From positions 25,408 to 89,407 of the forward strand of contig CACYHX010000002.1 in the NCBI GenBank assembly GCA_902774365.1: a stretch of DNA of 64,000 nucleotides. The letters are read 5' to 3'. Under the pieces are notes generated by a model. The model had not been told where the DNA came from. It worked only from the letters and a program-made list of their open reading frames with translations, and did no database searches. Position 1 is the first letter of the stretch. Every line of letters starts with the position of its first letter. The position numbers and the translations under genes were made by a program. Shown one piece after another: positions 63,993-64,000 of the stretch. This stretch comes from an uncultured Bacteroidia bacterium (lineage in GTDB: Bacteria > Bacteroidota > Bacteroidia > Bacteroidales > F082).

Positions 63993-64000
63993 AGACCCGC

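Noticed and set aside
1-64000. Mobile element genes (integrase, transposase, relaxase), tRNA/rRNA genes and prophage structural genes
   Set aside because: None were recognised in any frame. The mobility of the left-hand island therefore remains an inference from composition and the iteron array only.

Overview
The window looks like a Bacteroidota (Prevotella-like) chromosomal segment. I infer this from a T9SS C-terminal sorting domain, TAnnTTTG-type promoter boxes, Bacteroidales-type palindromic repeats and the gene content. No rRNA, tRNA, CRISPR array, integrase or transposase was seen. The window has three zones.

(1) 1-8.3 kb is a compositionally patchy, defence-type island. It holds the tail of an upstream gene that is translationally coupled to a 1,364-aa gamma-class N6-adenine DNA methyltransferase (type IIG/Eco57I-like). 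That methyltransferase carries an AT-rich internal cassette. Next come an AT-rich overlapping pair (204-aa unknown protein plus an HTH-XRE/ImmA-IrrE metallopeptidase fusion), an AlbA_2/Schlafen-type ATPase-regulator, a wHTH gene remnant, and an iteron-like GGTTTTTA array at the island edge.

(2) 10.4-36.2 kb is a 25.7-kb minus-strand operon. It has three back-to-back giant secreted proteins (1,451, about 2,267 and 4,764 aa), all built from the same (V/I)(Y/F)GGG repeat. Only the last carries a T9SS sorting domain. An 85-aa protein with a signal peptide and a sortase-like C-terminal anchor follows. This is my best candidate for an undescribed system.

(3) 36.4-64 kb holds housekeeping and glycan-related genes: EamA transporter, EEP nuclease/phosphatase, thioredoxin-like protein, APH-type kinase, a GH109-like enzyme, two tandem nucleoside-hydrolase-like paralogues, a GT2 fusion, alkaline phosphatase, split transketolase, a YgcG/TPM protein, a TPR protein, aroE, rlmD, aroK, a radical-SAM/SPASM enzyme with a repeat lipoprotein, an OM beta-barrel and GH3.

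Three families of palindromic repeat elements are scattered across the window. Two of them have in-frame copies inside protein-coding genes. All coordinates of short elements were hand-counted and may be off by a few nt. All homology statements rest on motif recognition by eye, not on searches.
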